DNA from: Mobula hypostoma
Lineage: Eukaryota
Direction: 5' to 3'
DNA: 64,000 nucleotides
Assembly: GCF_963921235.1 (NCBI RefSeq)
Contig: NC_086108.1
Location: 6,820,001 to 6,884,000, forward strand
The notes below the pieces were generated by a model. It was not told the origin of the DNA and did no database searches. It worked only from the letters and a program-made list of their open reading frames with translations. Below, in pieces: positions 50,401 through 64,000 of the stretch. The first letter of the stretch is position 1; each line of letters begins with the position of its first letter. The position numbers and the translations under genes are program-made.

Positions 50401-53334
50401 GGGATAATAGACTTGACCCAGAGAATCTGGTCCCCTCTCCAAATACCGTAACACGTTCTTTGATTAAAAGTTTATCGAAAAATGTATCCAAACTCTCATA
50501 AGCAGGGCTTACATGGATGCTGGTGAGATTATGACAAAGTGCTGATCATACGTCAATCTCTTTTAAGTCTGCGAGGCCGCGATTAACAATCCAACAATCT
50601 CCGACACCCTGTCATCAGGCACCAGTATAATACATTGCTTGCTCTGCAATTGCCATCAAGTGAAAGAATAAACCCTGGTTCAAAGTAAGGGCCCTGACTT
50701 ACAAGAGCCAGCCACGCATGCTGAAACAAAAATGTGTCTTCTCGGCAGTGCTGTCACTCAAATCAGTACAGGCTGAGCGTGGCTGGAAATGATTCATCAG
50801 AAACGTAAAAATGGATAATGCCTCTCTCCTAGATGTTGCCATGACCAGAATCAAAATCAGGCTGCAGTGCATTGCAATACCCAATTTTAAATACACATGT
50901 AAATTACAATAAGAAGTGTATATATTTTTTAAAAAGTAGTGCAAAAAGAGCAAAAAAAAGGTAGTGATTTGAAGTTAAAGTTGAGCAAATAAACAATGGT
51001 AGCTGATAGCAGTTTCATGAGATTGCTCTTGTCACCATTAAGCACAAGGTTTCTGGCTGCAGTTTCCTCTTTTACAGCCTTCAATCATGGAAAATATTAA
51101 AGTTGACAACATATTCCTTGCTGTAAATCTACTGAAAATGTCCCATTGTATGAAGTTCAGCTAAGATTCTGATAGAAAGTTGTTGCTATTGTTAAATGAC
51201 ATCTGACTAGAACACCGTGGGGAGACTTGATTGTGAGATACAAAATTATGAGGGGTGTAGATAGGGTAAGCGCAAGCAGGCTTTTTCCCGCTAAGGTTCA
51301 GTGAGACTGCAACTCGAGGTTAAGGGTGAAAGGTCAAAAGTTTAAGGGGAACATGAGGGGAACTTCTTCACTCAGAGGGTCATGAGGGTGTGGGACGAGT
51401 TGCCAGCATAAGTGGTGCATGTGAGCTCAATTTCAATGTTTTAGGAGAAGTTTGGATGGGTACATGGGTGGTAGGGGTATGGAGGGCTATCGTCCTGGTG
51501 CAGGTCGATGGGACTAAGCAGTTTTAAATAGGCCAAAGGGCCTGTCTCTACTGTACTTTTCTATGATTCTGTGACTTCAAAAGTAGTTTGTGAGCAAATC
51601 CTTCACTTAATTTCCACTTTTTTTAATGTTTAACATTTAATTTGGTGACTTCAATCTTTAGTTTCAAATTATTAGCTCGGTCTTTATTGTGGGCTCTATA
51701 AACTATAAAAATGTTTATGAAATTGGTTGTTTTCCTGCTGCCTGTCAGGTTGGCTGCTTACCTACTTCAATAGTCGCTGTTTCTGGATATCAGTGACCGC
51801 CCTCAGAACTCTGATTTTAAGCAACAGATTTTGGATGTAGAGAGATCAACATGAGAATTGTGACTTATTTTGTGGGACACTTCCTTCGAGGTTGATAAGT
51901 ACCATTTGTTTTTGTTGACTGCAAATTCAGGGCCGGGGGATTTTAAGTCCACTGAATATATAGCTCAGTTGCCCCTCTAGGAAATGCTTTTTTTTCTTAC
52001 AAATGTAAATAAGATGCTGGCTGATGAACTCCTCAAAGCTTCTTGCCAGATGTTAAAAAATTAAACTAGCAGATGCTCATTTTAACTCTCGAAACCCTTT
52101 TTTACTAGGCACCTCTACAAACAGCTTGTTAGCCCCTCGCTAACAGCCTCTGGACTCCGCGGTGAGGAAATCCACCTTTCTCAGGCTTCATATGTCTAGG
52201 GTCTATACAACGTTGGTACTGCCAAATCCGTGATTGGGATGTCTCGCTCACCCAAACCCCGGTTTGTGTGAATGCTCTGTGATTTACTGGCCCTTGCAAT
52301 CACCCATCAGCATGAAATAGCAGATCATACACTACATACAGTTATAAAGAAAGTATATTTTTGGATGTTAACTGAAGAATTAGTAGAGAAAAGAAAGAAA
52401 GAAACAAAAAGGGCCCATTATAATTAAACAGTCAAACGTGCACAGGTTGGAGATCAAATCTTCCGAAAGCCATATTCACTGATCTTCGGTAGACCTCTGT
52501 GCCTTGGGCTCCATCAAATTGCGGTTTCCCACTGGATCGAATCCTACAGCTGGTTCTCTCCAGTGTCTTCTCTCCATCTCCCACCAAAGACCTCGACCCG
52601 TCTCAGTGTTCGTCACAAAAGCCTGCTCCTCCAGTGTTCTCTGTACCTCTAAGCTTTTTGTACTCATCTACTGTATCAGTCCAAATTACTTAAAAGTTGT
52701 AATTCTCCCCCTTCCTGTGGCAGCTTATTCCATATAACCACCACCGTCTATGCAGAAACTTGCCTCTCAGATTCTTACATTAAACCTATGCTGTGTAGTT
52801 TTTGACTCCCCTATCCTGAGGGGAAAAAAAAACTAATTTTAATTATTCATTGACATACAGCGCAGAATCAGTCCTTTGAGCCACACTGCCCAGCAAACCC
52901 CCAATTTAATCCTATCCCAATCACAAGAAATTTACAATGACCAGTTAACCTACCAACTCATGGGAGAACATACAGACTCCTTACAGGCAGTGACGAGAAT
53001 TGAACCTGGGTCATTGGTACTGTAAACCACTATGCTACCCTGCTGCCCCACCTATCTATGCCCCTCATGGTGTAATAATCCCCTATAAGGTCACCCGCTC
53101 TGTGCCCTACACTCCAGAGAAAAGCAACCCCAGTTTTGTATTCTACCTTTTAGAGCCAACCTTTTCCAACCATTTTTATGCCAATGAGCCTTGCCATTAA
53201 CTGAGGAGTCTGTGGACCTCATGTTGGGAACTCCTGGATTGCAGGAAGCTTAAAGAAAAAAGCTTGTAACTTGTGTATTCTCTTTCTTCTTCGTATTTTT
53301 ATTGCAAAGTGTAAAACAAAACAGAACATAAAAC

Positions 53335-54285
53335 ATAGAACATAGAACAGGAGCAGACCATTTGTCCTGATATGTTGTGCCGAACCAGCTAAAAAGCAAA
53401 TCATAAACACCCCAATACTAATCCTGCCTACCTACACAATGTCCATATCCCTTCATCTTCCTCATATCCATGTGCCTATCCAAACGTCTCTTAAAAGCCT
53501 GTAATGTATTTGCCTCTACTACCATACCAGGCAGCACATTCCAGGCATCCATCACTCTCTGAGTGAAAAAACTCACCCCTCAGCCCCTTTGAATGTACCC
53601 CCTCTCACCTTCAATGCATGCCCTCTGGTATTAGACATTTCTACCCTGGGAAAAAGATACTCCATATCTGCTCTATCTATGCCTCTCATAACCTTGTAAA
53701 CCTCTATCAGATCTCCCCTCAGGCTCTGCTGCTCCAGAGAAAACAACCCATGTTTGTCCACCCTCTCATAATAGCATGTGCCCTCTAAACCAGGCAGCTT
53801 CCTAGTAAACCTCTTTGCACCCCCTTCAAAGCCTTAACAGATCCCACAGATTCACCACTCTGGCTAAAGAAATTCCTCCTCATCTCCATTCTAAAAGGAC
53901 GCCCCTCTATTCTGAGGCTGTATCCTCTGGTCTTAGACTCCCTCACTATCGGAAACACCCTCTCCACATCCACTCTATTGAAGCCTTTCAATATTTGATA
54001 GGTTTCAATGAGGTCACCCTTCATTCTTCTGAAATCCAGTGACTAGAGGCTCAGAGCACTCCTCATATGATAAGCCTTTTGATCCTGGAATAATTTTCAT
54101 GAATTCCCTTTGACCCCTCTCCAATGTCAGTACATCCTTTCTCAGATAAAGGGGCCAAAACTGCTCACGATACTCCAAAATGACGTCTCACCAGTGCCTT
54201 ATAAAGCCTCAACATTACATCCTTGCTTTTATATTCTAGTCCTCTCAAAATGAATGCTAACATCACATTTGCTTTCCTCACCATT
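53335..54285 (-). mobile_element. CR1 3' fragments (two subfamilies)
   Basis: GLFSLEQQSLRGDLIEVYKVMRG; RGYSLRIEG...RRNFFSQ; (TTCTATG)n tail. Confidence 0.8.
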
Positions 54286-55682
54286 TTGATCCTTTTAAAG
54301 AGTCCGAGCTAAAAGCAAATACAAAATTTAGACATGAACATTGTTTACTTCATTTAGTAGTGTGCAGAAATTCCCACGCACCTCAATAGCTTGTGGTTGT
54401 GGTAATGTTGATTAAGCTACAGGCACTAATTTACAACAGTGTCTGGTGCTCTTCTCAACACACATTTAAGGATGGGTCTAAACTTCACAGTGCAAAGTAA
54501 TTGTGTAGTGTCGCTGTTGCACTATCAAGTCATTAGAATAAACATAAAGAAGAACCTCTAATGTGAGCTTTCTCCTCAGGAATGTCCATATCTGAAGCTG
54601 TTGCACTCTGGAAACTTTGTTGAAGTTAATGGAATGTTGTCGTCTTCAAAGCAATTGCCTTTTGCTAACTTTCAGGTTCATATAGGTGGGAATAGGAGTG
54701 TTTGAAAATGGTGTCAGTGACGATCCAATCCATCTATTACTAAGGACGCTCTTCTAGATGTAATGACATGGGGTTGTTTCCCTCTACCTTTGAGCAGGCT
54801 GTGCCTTGTCACTCTCTCACCCAGAAGATGACACTTCTGGCAATGCAGCACTGCACTGGCCAGCTGGGTTTCTTGTGCTCATGTCTATAATGAGATTTAG
54901 AACTTTGGATTGCATTTGTCTTGAAGTTTCCAGGAGGTGAGTGGCCTCAAGGCGAAAAAGTTTAGAGGTCATGATTGTCTGCATTTCTCGACTATTTAAG
55001 GATGGAGGAAGATTCAAACATCGAGATGAATGTGGCAGGCGAGCGAGTGTTCAGTGCTGACTACCAGCTTCTTACTCACTGCTGCCAGAGGTGGTGCCTG
55101 CATGTGACAGAACTCTCGCTCGCTGCTCCCACGGGAAGGCCTCTGTGTTCAGATGGTTCCACTCTCCTGCAATGCTTCTGGAGGGTGTTATCGAGGTTCT
55201 GCATCTATAATTTATGGAATTCAAATTGGACTCTTTCAGATGGATGATTTTTTTTGCATGGGGGTGGGTGGTTTGATATTCTTATTTCTATTCATCTTTT
55301 TTTGTGCATGGAGTGGGGGAGATTGTTGGCTTTCTTTGAATGGCCTCCATGGTTTTCTTAGTTTCTTGGCTGCCTGGAGAAGATTAATCTCAGAGTTATA
55401 TACTGCATTCATTGTTGCTATTCCTCTCCATGCCTTGTGACGCACCAGGCGGCAACCTTGCTGTTTCTTCACCATTTTGTCTGTGTTTTACGAGGCTGAG
55501 TTGTGAGCTCGATGCTGGATTCAAATGGGACAACTCACCTCCAAGTCCGGTGCTGATGCTGTTACATCACCAGCCGGCTTATTCTGTGTACATACTTTGA
55601 TAATAAATGGACCTTAAACCAGGCTACAGCTGACACTTGACCAGTGCCTTTGCTTGATGCTTAGATGGAAAAGTGAAGTTAA

Positions 55683-55865
<183 letters not shown>

Positions 55866-56118
55866 TAATATAATTGTTTGCACCAACCACGCTGCATTCA
55901 ACATTAAAGGCCAGATTTTGTAACTGATGCCATTATTATTTGGATCTTTCTACAGACAGAAATTTGCAAACAATTATGTTGTAATGAGTTTAAAAAATAA
56001 AGTGAATACTTCCCGCAAGTTGAATTGTGTATGCAAATGTTTGTGAAGCGAAATATCTTGAACCTTGTGATGTTTCAGCTCGGATTTGTACTGATCTTTC
56101 TGTTTTTTCCTTCTGTAG

Positions 56119-56227
56119 TGATCTGGATTATTATGATTCTCCCAATGTAAATGCTCGCTGCCAGAGCATTTGTGACCATTGGGACACTCTGGGCTCTTTA
56201 ACCCAGAGCAGGAGGGATGCCCTGGAG
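56119..56227 (+). CDS. ACTN4: alpha-actinin-4 exon 13, 109 nt
   Basis: ttctgtag|TGAT...CTGGAG|gtgaga; [36 protein letters not shown]. Confidence 0.95.
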
Positions 56228-58057
56228 GTGAGACCTAAACTGCTGACTTTTATCTTGTAGTGGATTTAATGTGTGGGGTTAATTCCATTTCTGCAGTCAC
56301 AAAAGGAATCTTAATTCTGGATTCCCTACATAATTGTCATTTAATAGAATCAAAGTATTATAGAAAAGTACAGCACAGAAAAAGGCCCTTCAGCCCATCT
56401 AGTCCATGCCAAACTGCCTACTGCCATCAACCTGTGCCATACCCATATCCCTACCATCCATGTACCTATCTAAACTTCACCTAATTTGAAATCGAGCTGG
56501 CATGTACCACTTGTGCTGGCAACTTGTTCCAAACGCTCACCACCCTCTGAGTGAAGAAGTCCATCTCCCCCCCACCACCCCCATGTTCCCCTTAAGCTTT
56601 TCACCTTTCATCCTTACCCCATGATCTCTGGTTGTTGTCCCACCCAACTTCAGTGTGAAATTGCATTTACCCTAACTATACCCCTCATAACTTTGTATAC
56701 TTCTATCCAATCTCCTTTCAATCTTCTATCCAATCTCCTTTCAATCTTCTACGTTCTAAGGAATAAAGTCCTAACCTATTCAGTCTTTCTTTATAACTCG
56801 GGTCCTCCAGACCCAGCAACATTCTTGTAAATTTTCCCTGTACTCTTTCAAGCTTATTGACATCTTTCCTGTAGGCAGGTGACTCACTGAGATGGCAGCA
56901 TCAGACTAGCTTCAAGTAAACAATAAATATTGAGAACATGAGATGGAGAGTACTTAAAATTGGTCGTGGGGACATTTCAATGATGGACCAAGTGAAGATG
57001 AGTGAAGTTATCCCCTTTGGTTCAGGAGCCTGATGGTTGAGGGGTAATAAGTGTTCCTGAACCTGGTGGCGTGAGGCTCCTGTACCTTCTTCCAGAAGGC
57101 AACAGCAAGAAGAGAGTGTGACCTGGGTGGTGAGGGTCTGTGATGGTAGATGCTGCTTTCCTGCAACAGCGTTTCATGTAAATTATTCAGTGGTGAGAAG
57201 AGCCTTACCCATGATGGACTGAGCTGTATCCACTACTTTTTTTTTACATTTTACATTCAGGAGACATTTGTGCTCAATGGTGGAAAGGACTTTACCTGTA
57301 ATGGACTGAGTCGTATCCACTACTTTTTGTAGTATTTTCCACTCAAGGGCATTGGTGTTTCCATACCAGGCTGTATTTGAATAGTGTCTGAAGCTATTTA
57401 ATTTAAGATGCGTGTACTGAAAGAATTAAATTGTAATTGCTACTGTAAACTACAACATGTTTGGAAAATCCATTATGTTGCTTAATTGTGATTCTGTAGG
57501 TGTTTTACTTGACTGCGCGTGGACCAGGCAGTAATGGCCGAGTTCTATCTGATGCAGCAATATCACTGCAAAACGCTAATTCCAAGTTCCAGCAGGATTT
57601 AGCCAAACTCTTCCTATTTGATACCCTTCATTCTGTTGATTATGAGTACTTAGGTGATTAGAGTCTTGTGATGTGTTTGAGTCCTGGCTCTGCAATGATC
57701 CCAGAGAAAATGGAATCACTCAGTGACCACCCATTTCAATTCTACTTCCTATTGTTATTCTGACATGTCAGCCCACGGCTTCCTCTAGTGCCATGATGAA
57801 GCCACACTCGGGTTGGAGGATAAACACCTTGTATAGCCTCTAACCTGATGACATGAACGTCGATTTTTTTGAACTTCCCGTAACTGCCCCCCCCCGCACT
57901 TTCACCATTCCCTCTCTCATCTTATCTCCTTACCTGCCCATCATCTCCCTCCTCTCCCTTCCCTTGCTTCCATGGTTTTCTCTTCTCTCCAATCAGATTC
58001 CGCCCTTCTCCAGCCCTTTATCTCTCTCACCAATCAACTTCCCAGCTCTTTACTTCA

Positions 58058-58312
58058 CCCCTTCCCCCATCACCCACCACCCTTTACTTCTTCCTCCCCT
58101 CCCCTCCCCACCTTCTTACCTTGACTCCTATCTTTCTCCACTCCCCTTCCCCCATCACCCACCACCCTTTACTTCTTCCTCCCCTCCCCTCCCCACCTTC
58201 TTACCTTGACTCCTATCTTTCTCCACTCCCCTTCCCCCATCACCCACCACCCTTTACTTCTTCCTCCCCTCCCCTCCCCACCTTCTTACCTTGACTCCTA
58301 TCTTTCTCCACT
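58058..58312 (+). repeat. Perfect 85-bp tandem triplication (pyrimidine-rich)
   Basis: cttcccccatcaccc recurs at 58061, 58146 and 58231 with identical units. Confidence 0.9.
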
Positions 58313-58313
58313 G

Positions 58314-58349
58314 AGTCCTGATGAAGGGTCTCGGCCTGAAACGTTGACT
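58314..58349 (+). ncRNA. Minimal type I hammerhead ribozyme motif in a Penelope-like repeat
   Basis: AGTC-CTGATGA-AGG gtctcgg CCT-GAAAC-GTT|GACT. Confidence 0.6.
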
Positions 58350-58435
58350 GTTCACTCTTTTCCATGGATGCTGCCCGGCCTGCTGAGTTCCTCCAGCATT
58401 TTGCCTGTGTAACTTTTTTGTTTGCTTTGTTTTAA

Positions 58436-58606
<171 letters not shown>

Positions 58607-58624
58607 TAGTTTAAACAGTGGCTT

Positions 58625-59830
58625 GTGTCAGAATCAGATCTGGTATCACTGGCATATGTCTTGAACTTTATTATTTTGCAGCTGTGGTGCAGTGTAATAC
58701 ATAGTAAAGCACTGGAAATTAAATTGAATAAAGTAGTGCAAAAAGAAGCCGTACAAAAATACTGAGGGAGTGTACATGAGTTCATTGTCCATTCTGAAAT
58801 CTGACGAGGGAAGAAGCTGTTCCTAAAATGTAGTGTGTGTGTGTGTGTCTTTGGGCTCCTGTACCACCACCCTGATGGTAGCAATGAGGAGGAGGAATCC
58901 CCAGGGTGATGGGAGTCCTTAATGATCAATGCCACCTTTTTGAGGCATCGCCTTTTGAAAGTGTCCTTGGTGCTGGGGACGATAGTGCCCGTGATATTTC
59001 TGGCTGAGTTTACAACTTCCTGCATATTTTCCCGATCATGTGTAGTGGCCCCCCACCCCCGGTACCACCAGACGGTCAAGCAACCAGTTAGAATACTCTG
59101 CACAGTATATCTGTAGATATTTGCTTCGGTGACATACCAAGTCTCCTCAAACTTCTAATGAAGCATAGCTGCTGTTGTGCCTTCTTTGTAGCTGCATCAA
59201 AGTTCAAAGTAATTTTTATCAGAGTACGTGTATGTCACCATGTACCCTAAGATTCATTTTCCTGCAGGCATACTCGACAAATCTATAGAACAGTAACCAT
59301 AACAAGATCAATGAAAGATCAACCAGAGTGCAGAAAACAACAAACTGTGCAAATGCAACTATAGATAAACAGCAATAAATAACAAAAACATGAGGTAATG
59401 AGATGGTCTTTAAAGTGAGATCATTGGTTGTGAGAACATCTCAGTGGATGGACAGTTGAGTGTAGTTACCCCTTTTGTTTGAGAGCCTGATGGTAGAGGG
59501 GTATTAATTGTTCCTGACCTGGTGGTGTAAGTCCTGAGGCTCTTGTACCTTCTACCTGATGAGAAGGGAGTATGGCCTGGATAGTGGCGATCTTTGATGA
59601 TAGATGCTGCTTTCCTACAACAGCGTTTCATGTAGATGTGCTCAATGTTTGGGAGGGCTTTACCTGTGATGTATTGAGCTGAGTCCACTACCTTTTGTAG
59701 GATTCCCCATTCAAAGATATTGGTGTTTCCATACCAGGCTGTGATGCAGCCAGTCAATACACTCTCCAGTACATGCCTATAGAAGTTTGTCAAAGTTTTT
59801 TGATGTCTGCTGAATCTCTGCAGACTCCTA
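58625..59830 (-). mobile_element. L2-type LINE 3' fragments (two)
   Basis: ESVLTGCITAWYG...RCCRKAASIIKD.H.PGH; similar copies at 16000-16520, 47935-48515 and 62215-62650. Confidence 0.8.
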
Positions 59831-59903
59831 AGTGATGTTGAGTCAGTTCAGTGATGTTGACACCCAAGTGTTCTCATTAGTTTTCTCTCTCTGATTTTTT
59901 CAG

Positions 59904-60086
59904 GGTCTCATCGCGGCGCACGAGCAATTCAAAGCAACGTTGCCAGATGCCGATAAGGAGCGAGAGGCAATTCTGGGTATCCAGAATGAAATGACGAAAA
60001 TTGCTCAGTCTTACAATATTAAACTCTCCGGAGTAAATCCATATACGTCCATTACCTCTCAGGACATTAATGATAAGTGGGATAAG
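59904..60086 (+). CDS. ACTN4: alpha-actinin-4 exon 15, 183 nt
   Basis: tttttcag|GGTCTC...GATAAG|gtaagg; [61 protein letters not shown]. Confidence 0.95.
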
Positions 60087-63000
60087 GTAAGGGACTCCTA
60101 AAGGTTGTCAATATCTAAAATACACTTACCAAAAGTGATTATGTTCTAAACATTACTCTACCTGTTGAGAAGTAGTGGGGAAACATGGTAGTGCAGCAGC
60201 TGACATAATGCTAATACAGCACTGGTGACCTGCGTTCATTTCATGCTGCTGTCTGTAAGGAATCTGTGTGTTCTCATAACAGTGTGGGTTTTCTCCCGTA
60301 TTCCAAAGACGCACAATTTAGTAAGTTAATTGGTCAAAGTTCAGAATACATTTACTATCAAAGTATGTATAAACTATACAACCTTGAGATTTGTCTGCTT
60401 ACAGGCAGCCACAGAACAAGAAACACGAAAGAATCCAATTTTAAAACAAAGACCAATGCCCAACTTGTAGAGATAGACAGGGAAAAACGCAAATCATGCA
60501 AACAATAAAAGCACACGACAGCATTCCAAACTAAATTGAGGCCATAGACACGAAGCCAGCAGCAAGCCCATAGCCTCGGCTTCAGTTTATCATATGGTGG
60601 GGCAAATCGCCACGAAGCTCACAGACATGAAGCGCCTAGCAGCCTCAGCGCTGAGGAGAGCGGAGTAAAACATCACAGAGCTGAATCAACTCAACCCTTG
60701 CCTCTGGTCCCACAATTTTCCATATAAAAGGGTTATTAATAAAGTATTTAGTTGAATTTCTTGCTTTGAAAACCAGCATTAAGCTGCTGTCGCATGTTCA
60801 GTAATGTCATCTTAAACCGGAAGTATATGGGTCACATGGATGTAATTAGGCGGTGTGGCCTTGTGGGACAGGGAAGGAAGGGCTTGTTACCGTGCTGTAT
60901 CTCTAAATAAAATAACTTGCATACTGCCCATTACACCACTGTGTTTAGGGCAGCAATGAAGGTCCTGCATCTCTGACAGTGTTCAGGGCTTCCTACGTCA
61001 TGTCAGTAGCTTCCTTTTGGCTTTCACTACTCTCAGTCATGCAAGTCCCATGTGGAGCCTCAGGAATACTATCGCACTCCGATGTAGAAGAATTCTTCTT
61101 TGCTGTTTCCGTAACATTTTGGCCAGTCGGAGATGTTAGCTTTGAACTGAACCTCCGAATCTGGAGGACTGATGGACCACTCTTACTCTAGCCTCTACCC
61201 TTTGACCTGTTTGGCATGGGTGACCCTACCAAGAGCCAAACCACAAGGCTCCAACTCCAGCCAGCATAGCTCTTTGGTTCATTGAGGCACACAAACCTCC
61301 AAACCCAGCAACAAGGTTGTGGTCTTCTCAAAGGAAATAAAGTGAAGTTTGCTTTTATTTTGGTAGGCAGATTTCACAAGAACAGATGGGTCCAATTAAA
61401 TATTTAGTTGGGTTCAAATACTATATAGATCACTGGTTTCTGATTGGAGTTGTACCATTGAAATGACTTTCCAAGCAATCTTTCAAACTAATGTCATAGA
61501 CGTGGGTGTTACTCAGATTATTTCCTATGATACGGGAGGAAGTCATCGCTGGTTCGTGAAGTAATCCCAGTCACCATTTTGTTTCCCTTGTATTCAAATC
61601 AACCTCCATTCAAGTTCTGCCATGTCACCATGCATTAATAGCAAGTTGTGGTGGCCAATTAACCGTCCTTTCCACACACCTTTTTGGGATGCAGCAGGAT
61701 ATCGGAGCACCTGAAGAAAACCCACACTGTTACAGGGAGAACATGACAATTCCACACAGAGGTCGGGATTGAAACCAGGCCCCTGATGCTGTTTGTGCAG
61801 CTCTACCAGCTGTGATGCTGCCACTTCTAAATGGGCACTTGATGTTTGGCTCTACAGCTCCTAGGAGACCATTTGACTCATCAAGTCTCTGCTGCCTCGT
61901 GATTCTCCCACTTGTTTCTTTCTCACATTTCCATCAGCTCTTCCTGATATTCCCCCCCATAGTGACCATTTAACCAAGTTAATTGGGATGTGGGAACAGC
62001 CAGAGGAAGCCCATGTGGTCAGGGAGAATATGTGTGGACTTCACACAGCTCCAGAGATCAGTACTGAACTCGAGTCATGAACATGTGAGGCAGTAGTTCT
62101 ACTTGGTGTTCTATTGTACCATTACAGTAGAAAAGATTAACATGGAACTGCAGCACAGTACAGGCTCTTCGGCCCATGGTGCTGTGCTAACCTTTTAATC
62201 TACTCTATTGTCAGATTCAGGGTTAATAACACCAACACATGTCATGAAAATTGCTGTCCTTGCGGCAGCGTACAATTCAATACATAATAATAAGGGAGGA
62301 AAAATATAAATATATTTGATATATTTAATATTAATTTAATATGTTTAATAAATATATTAAATTAAGTTAGTGCAAAAATAGAAATAAAAAAAGTAGTAAG
62401 GCAGTGTTCATGGGTTCAATGTCCATTCAGAAATCAGATGGCAGAACATTAGAAGCTGTTCCTGAATTGTTAAGTGTGTGTCTTTAGCCTCCTGTACCTC
62501 CTTCCTGATGGTAGCAATGAGAACAAGACATGACCTAGTTGATGGGGGCCCTTAATGATGGACGAAGCCTTTTTGAGGCATTGGTCCTTAAAGGTGCCCT
62601 GGATACTGAGGCTAGTGCCCATGGTGGAGCTAACTAAGTTTAACGTTCTCTGAAGCTAAACCCTCCCTCACACATAGCGCTCCATTTTTCTATCATCGAA
62701 GTGCATATCTCTTAAGAGTACCTTAAATGCACCTAATGTATCTGCCTCTATCACCACTGTGTAAAAAAAACACAACACTAACTAACTTACCTCTGCCACC
62801 CCTTCCCTTTATTCTCCTTAGCTTTATTAATCGCTTGTATGTCGAAACATACAGTTTAATGTATTCTTTGCGTCAGCGACCAACCCTGTCCAAGGGTGTG
62901 CTGGGGGCAGCTTGGAAGTGTTGCCATACCTTCAATGTCATCCGAGCATACCCACAGCTAACCCTAACCTGTAGTCTTTGGAATGTGGAAGGAAAGCAGA

Positions 63001-63344
63001 ACACCCAGAGAAAACCCACGCAGTCACAGGGAACATACAAACTCCTTAGAGACAGCAGTGGAAATTGAGCTCTGATCACTGGCACTATAAAGAGTAAAGC
63101 TAACTATTAGGCTTCTGTGTCGCGCTATGAACTTTGAAGGTGGAGGTATTTATGGTGACATGGGTAAAGTCAAAACTGAATACGTATCGTCTATAATGCT
63201 TCTTGAGACTATCAAAAGAAGATGCAGTGGCATGAAAACAGTCACCGTAGAGCGAAGGTTTGGTGGAGGGAAGAAATTTTTGGTGGGGTGGGCAAATGAA
63301 TATGCTATTGATATTATCAAAACTGACTGTGTTTGTATTTACAG

Positions 63345-63479
63345 GTTCAGCAGCTGGTGCCAGCTCGAGATCAAGCTTTGCAAGCAGAGTTTAACAAGCA
63401 ACAATCTAATGAAAACCTGCGTGAGCAGTTTGCAAATAAGGCCAATGTTGTTGGTCCCTGGATTCAGACTAAGATGCAG
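63345..63479 (+). CDS. ACTN4: alpha-actinin-4 exon 16, 135 nt (gene continues beyond window)
   Basis: tttacag|GTTCAG...ATGCAG|gttggt; [45 protein letters not shown]. Confidence 0.95.
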
Positions 63480-64000
63480 GTTGGTAAAATTCTTTTGGCA
63501 TTCAGAATTACTGGTTTTGAGGATATTCTCTGCTTCAATAAAAATCATTCTATTTCCAGTTAGCTATTTACTGTCTGTTACTCCACTGGCGTTTAAGGCA
63601 GCAATGAAGGTCCTCCATCTCTGGTGGTGTACAGGGCTTCCTTCAATGTGTCAGTAACTTCCTCTCAGTTTTCACTACTGGGTGGAGACTCAGGAATACC
63701 GTCGCACTCAGATGTAGGATTTTTCATTGCTGTTTCCGTAACGGTTTTGTTTGACCAGTCAGGGTTCCCGAACCTGAAGGACTGATGAACTACTCTTAGT
63801 CTGAGAGAGTTTCTTGTAGTAAGAATTAGATCCATTGTGCTTGAATTATGATGGGAGTCAGTCAAGTTAAGATTTCCACACACAAGTTACTCGTGCCACC
63901 ATCTATGGAGGCGAATAAGCATTCAACATTTTGGACCGAGAGCCTATATCAGGACTGGAAATAAAGGAGTCAGAAGCCAGAATAAGAAAGTGGTGGGGAG

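Larger units (their letters stand above)
57725..58410 (+). mobile_element. Penelope-like 3' fragment ending about 28 nt before the exon 14 acceptor
   Basis: HFNSTS-like start, PLE terminal motif with hammerhead core. Confidence 0.75.

Noticed and set aside
58058..58312. CRISPR-like array
   Set aside because: Contiguous identical units with no spacers, in vertebrate intronic DNA.

Overview
Eukaryotic (vertebrate) genomic DNA. The repeat content (CR1, L2, Penelope-like and V-SINE-like elements) suggests a cartilaginous fish, which is an inference. The whole window lies inside a + strand alpha-actinin gene, best matching ACTN4. Coding exons 3-16 were traced by hand: all have GT-AG boundaries and splice into one open frame covering CH1/CH2, the neck and spectrin repeats 1-3. 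The tandem mutually exclusive exons 8a/8b are both present. Introns are packed with mostly decayed transposons. Main finds: (1) a complete HDV-like self-cleaving ribozyme fold, with an unusual extra hairpin in L3, at the 5' end of a TSD-flanked ~560 bp retroelement in sense orientation in intron 10; (2) a full-length, TSD-flanked ~2 kb L1 derivative with an intact ORF1 and almost no ORF2 (half-L1/HAL1-like), antisense in intron 11; (3) a repeat-free island in intron 8 with a candidate 9-nt microexon and a candidate poison exon near RBFOX motifs; (4) many Penelope-borne minimal hammerhead motifs, one about 90 nt upstream of exon 14. Exon coordinates are exact. Most repeat boundaries are approximate and their family names come from recalled motifs, not database searches.
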